Source: an uncultured delta proteobacterium
Lineage (GTDB): Bacteria > Myxococcota > Myxococcia > Myxococcales > Myxococcaceae
Length of the DNA stretch: 64,000 nucleotides
NCBI GenBank assembly: GCA_963713045.1
Contig: CAVQKE010000003.1
Location: forward strand, 1-64,000
Direction: 5' to 3'
Part shown: in pieces, positions 61,525 to 64,000 of the stretch
How positions within the stretch are numbered: the stretch's first letter is position 1
How the letters are laid out: each line of letters starts with the position of its first letter
The notes under the pieces: model-generated
What the model saw: the letters and a program-made list of their open reading frames with translations, nothing else
Database searches by the model: none
Told to the model about the DNA's origin: nothing
Made by a program: the position numbers and the translations under genes

Positions 61525-64000
61525 ATGACCGCCGAAGCCGCGCGACTCGAAGGAGCTCGAAAATCCGGCATCCCCTGGAGAAAATGGGGACCTTATCTCA
61601 GCGAGCGGCAGTGGGGAACGGTGCGCGAGGACTACAGCGGCGACGGAAACGCATGGGAGTATTTCACCCACGATCAAGCCCGCTCGCGCGCGTACCGTTG
61701 GGGCGAAGACGGCTTGGCGGGGATCTGCGACGAAAAGCAGCTTTTATGTTTTGGCTTGGCCTTGTGGAACGGGCGCGACCCAATCCTCAAAGAACGTTTG
61801 TTCGGCCTGACCAACCGCGAAGGAAATCACGGCGAGGATGTCAAGGAATATTACTTCTATCTGGATAACACGCCTACGCATTCGTACATGAAGTACCTGT
61901 ACAAGTACCCGCAAGGGCGTTTCCGTATCGAGGAGCTGGTCGAAGACAAACCGACTGCGCGGGCGCAGCGACATGGAATATGAGCTGCTCGACACCGGCA
62001 TTTTCGACGAGCGATCGGTACTTCGACGTATTCGTCGAATATGCGAAAGTATGCTCCTGAAGACATTCTGATCCAGATCAGCATATGCAATCGCGGCCGA
62101 GACCGCCGCTGCTCGACCTCCTTCCTACGCTGTGGTTTCGCAACACCTGGAGCGGTTCGCCTGGCGCGGACAAACCAGTGTTGAAAGTCGCCCCGCTGCC
62201 CGCAGGGTTGCGCGTGATTGCTCCAGCGCGCCAGCGAGACATGGGAGATCGGTATCTTTATTGTGAGGGCGACGTTCCGCTGCTATTCACCGAAAATGAG
62301 ACTAATAACGCGCAGGCTGTTTGGAACAGCATAACGACAGCCATTCGTCAAGGATGGCATCAACGACTACCTCGTTCTTGGCAAGCAGACACGCGGTTAA
62401 CCCCAACCAACAAGGAACCAAAGCGTCGGCTCATTACCGCCTCGCCGTGGAAGGCCGGCGCGGTGGCAACCGTCTGGCTGTCGCAAACGACCGCGCTCGG
62501 CTACGCATCGGCGCAGCCCTTCACCCCCGTTTTCCGAAACGATTACGCGCGGCGCAGCGAAGCGGACGAATTCTACGCCTCCATCACGCCCGACTGGGTC
62601 GCGAAGCCGCAGGCCGCGTTCATGCGGCAGGCGTTGGCCGGTATGCTTTGGAGCAAACAGTTTACTTTTCCGTCGATGCTGGACACGATGGCTGGCCGAG
62701 CATGGTGCCGATCCGATCCGCAACCGAGCGCGCGGCGCATCCGGAACAGCGAATGGTTCCACATGGTCGAACGAGAACACGATCTCGATGCCGGATAAGT
62801 GGGAGTATCCATGGTACGCGGCTTGGGACCTCGGCTTTTCACGCGATCGCGCTCTCGTCGGTGGATGTCGAGTTCGCCAAACGGCAACTGGAGTTGTTGC
62901 TGCAGGAATTCTACTTGCACCCCACCGGGCAGATACCTGCTTACGAGTGGAACTTCAGCGACGTAAATCCGCCGGTGCACGCGTGGGCCACGTCTTCCGT
63001 GTACAAAATGGAACAGGCGCTGCACGGCGTCGGCGACATCGAGTTCCTGGAGCGGGTTTTCCAGAAGCTGCTTCCTCAACTTCACCTGGTGGGTGAACCG
63101 CAAGGATCGCGTTTGGAAAAAACGTCTTTGAAGGCGGCTTTCTCGGTCTGGACAACATCGGGGTTTTCGATCGATAGCGCCCCTTTGCCCGAAGGCGCGG
63201 TACCTGGAACAGGCGGACGGCACCGCGTGGATGGCCCTGTTCTGCCAGAACATGATCGAGATTGCGATCGAGTTCGCGGACGAAAGACCACACCTACGAA
63301 GAAATGGTCAACGAAGTTCGTCGATCATTTTCTATGGATCTCCAGAGCGTAACCGGAACGGGACGAGCGGAATGTGGGACGAAGAGGACGGCTTCTATTA
63401 CGACGTGCTGCGCATGCCCGGACGGAACGTCAACTCGTCTGAAAGTCCGCTCGATCGTAGGGCTTCTTCCGCTCTGCGCCACAACGGTGGTAGAGCCCTG
63501 GCAGAGAGAGCACGTGCCGGACCATGGCAACATGCGATGGAGCGCATGCGCCGGATGCCTGCACTGTTGCGAGAGCATCCATCCGACTGGGCCGCAGCAC
63601 ATCGGGGTCGCGAGACCGCGGGATTTTCGCGTTGGTAAATCCGGATCGGTTGCGGCGGATTCTCTCACACATGCTGGATGAGAACGAATTCTTCAGTCCT
63701 TATGGCATCCGAGCGCTCTCTCGCTATCATGCGGAACATCCCTATACCTGGGTACGGATGGTGGAGTATCGCGTCGACTACCTTCCGGCCGAATCCGACA
63801 CCGGGATGTTCGGAGGCAACTCGAACTGGCGGGGGCCGATCTGGATGCCGATGAACCGCTCCTCATCCGCGCGCTTTTGCAGTACTACCTTTACTATGGA
63901 GACACCTTCAAGGTGGAGTGCCCGACGGGTTCGGGAAAGCTGATCAATCTCTTCGAGGTCGCCCGCGAGATCTCAAACCGCTGGCCAGCATTTTTCTTCG
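61525..64000 (+). CDS. Second GH63/MGH1-like glucosidase (error-rich; runs off the window end)
   Basis: [65 protein letters not shown]. Confidence 0.9.

Overview
High-GC bacterial DNA whose gene families point to Acidobacteriota (Solibacter/Bryobacter-like; inference). Scattered single-base indels break many genes, so this is probably a raw or unpolished long read. Bases 1-9782 are a noisier reverse complement of 9786-~20005, folding back at a 3-nt loop (9783-9785) in the middle of a gene, most likely a fold-back read artefact. The unique ~54 kb is a mosaic accessory region. It holds three complete insertion sequences with visible terminal repeats and target duplications: IS21-type (22126-25374), IS5 (27502-28782) and IS1595 carrying a trypsin-like passenger gene (36682-38740). 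It also encodes a PBP transpeptidase, an L,D-transpeptidase-like protein, an orphan mreB, msrB, ackA, an M16 peptidase, an AspT-type antiporter, two PAS hybrid kinases, two GH63-like glucosidases, a metallothionein-like protein, many small proteins and gene relics (ligD, pstS, ISL3, 3' half of tRNA-Arg). The most interesting unexplained structures are a ~150-nt multi-stem element inside the IS21 right end and a ~185-bp mirror-symmetric GGAAC array with two IHF-like sites (30581-30769). Several small modules recur between 14-18 kb, 39-40 kb and 47-49 kb. No CRISPR array or rRNA was seen.
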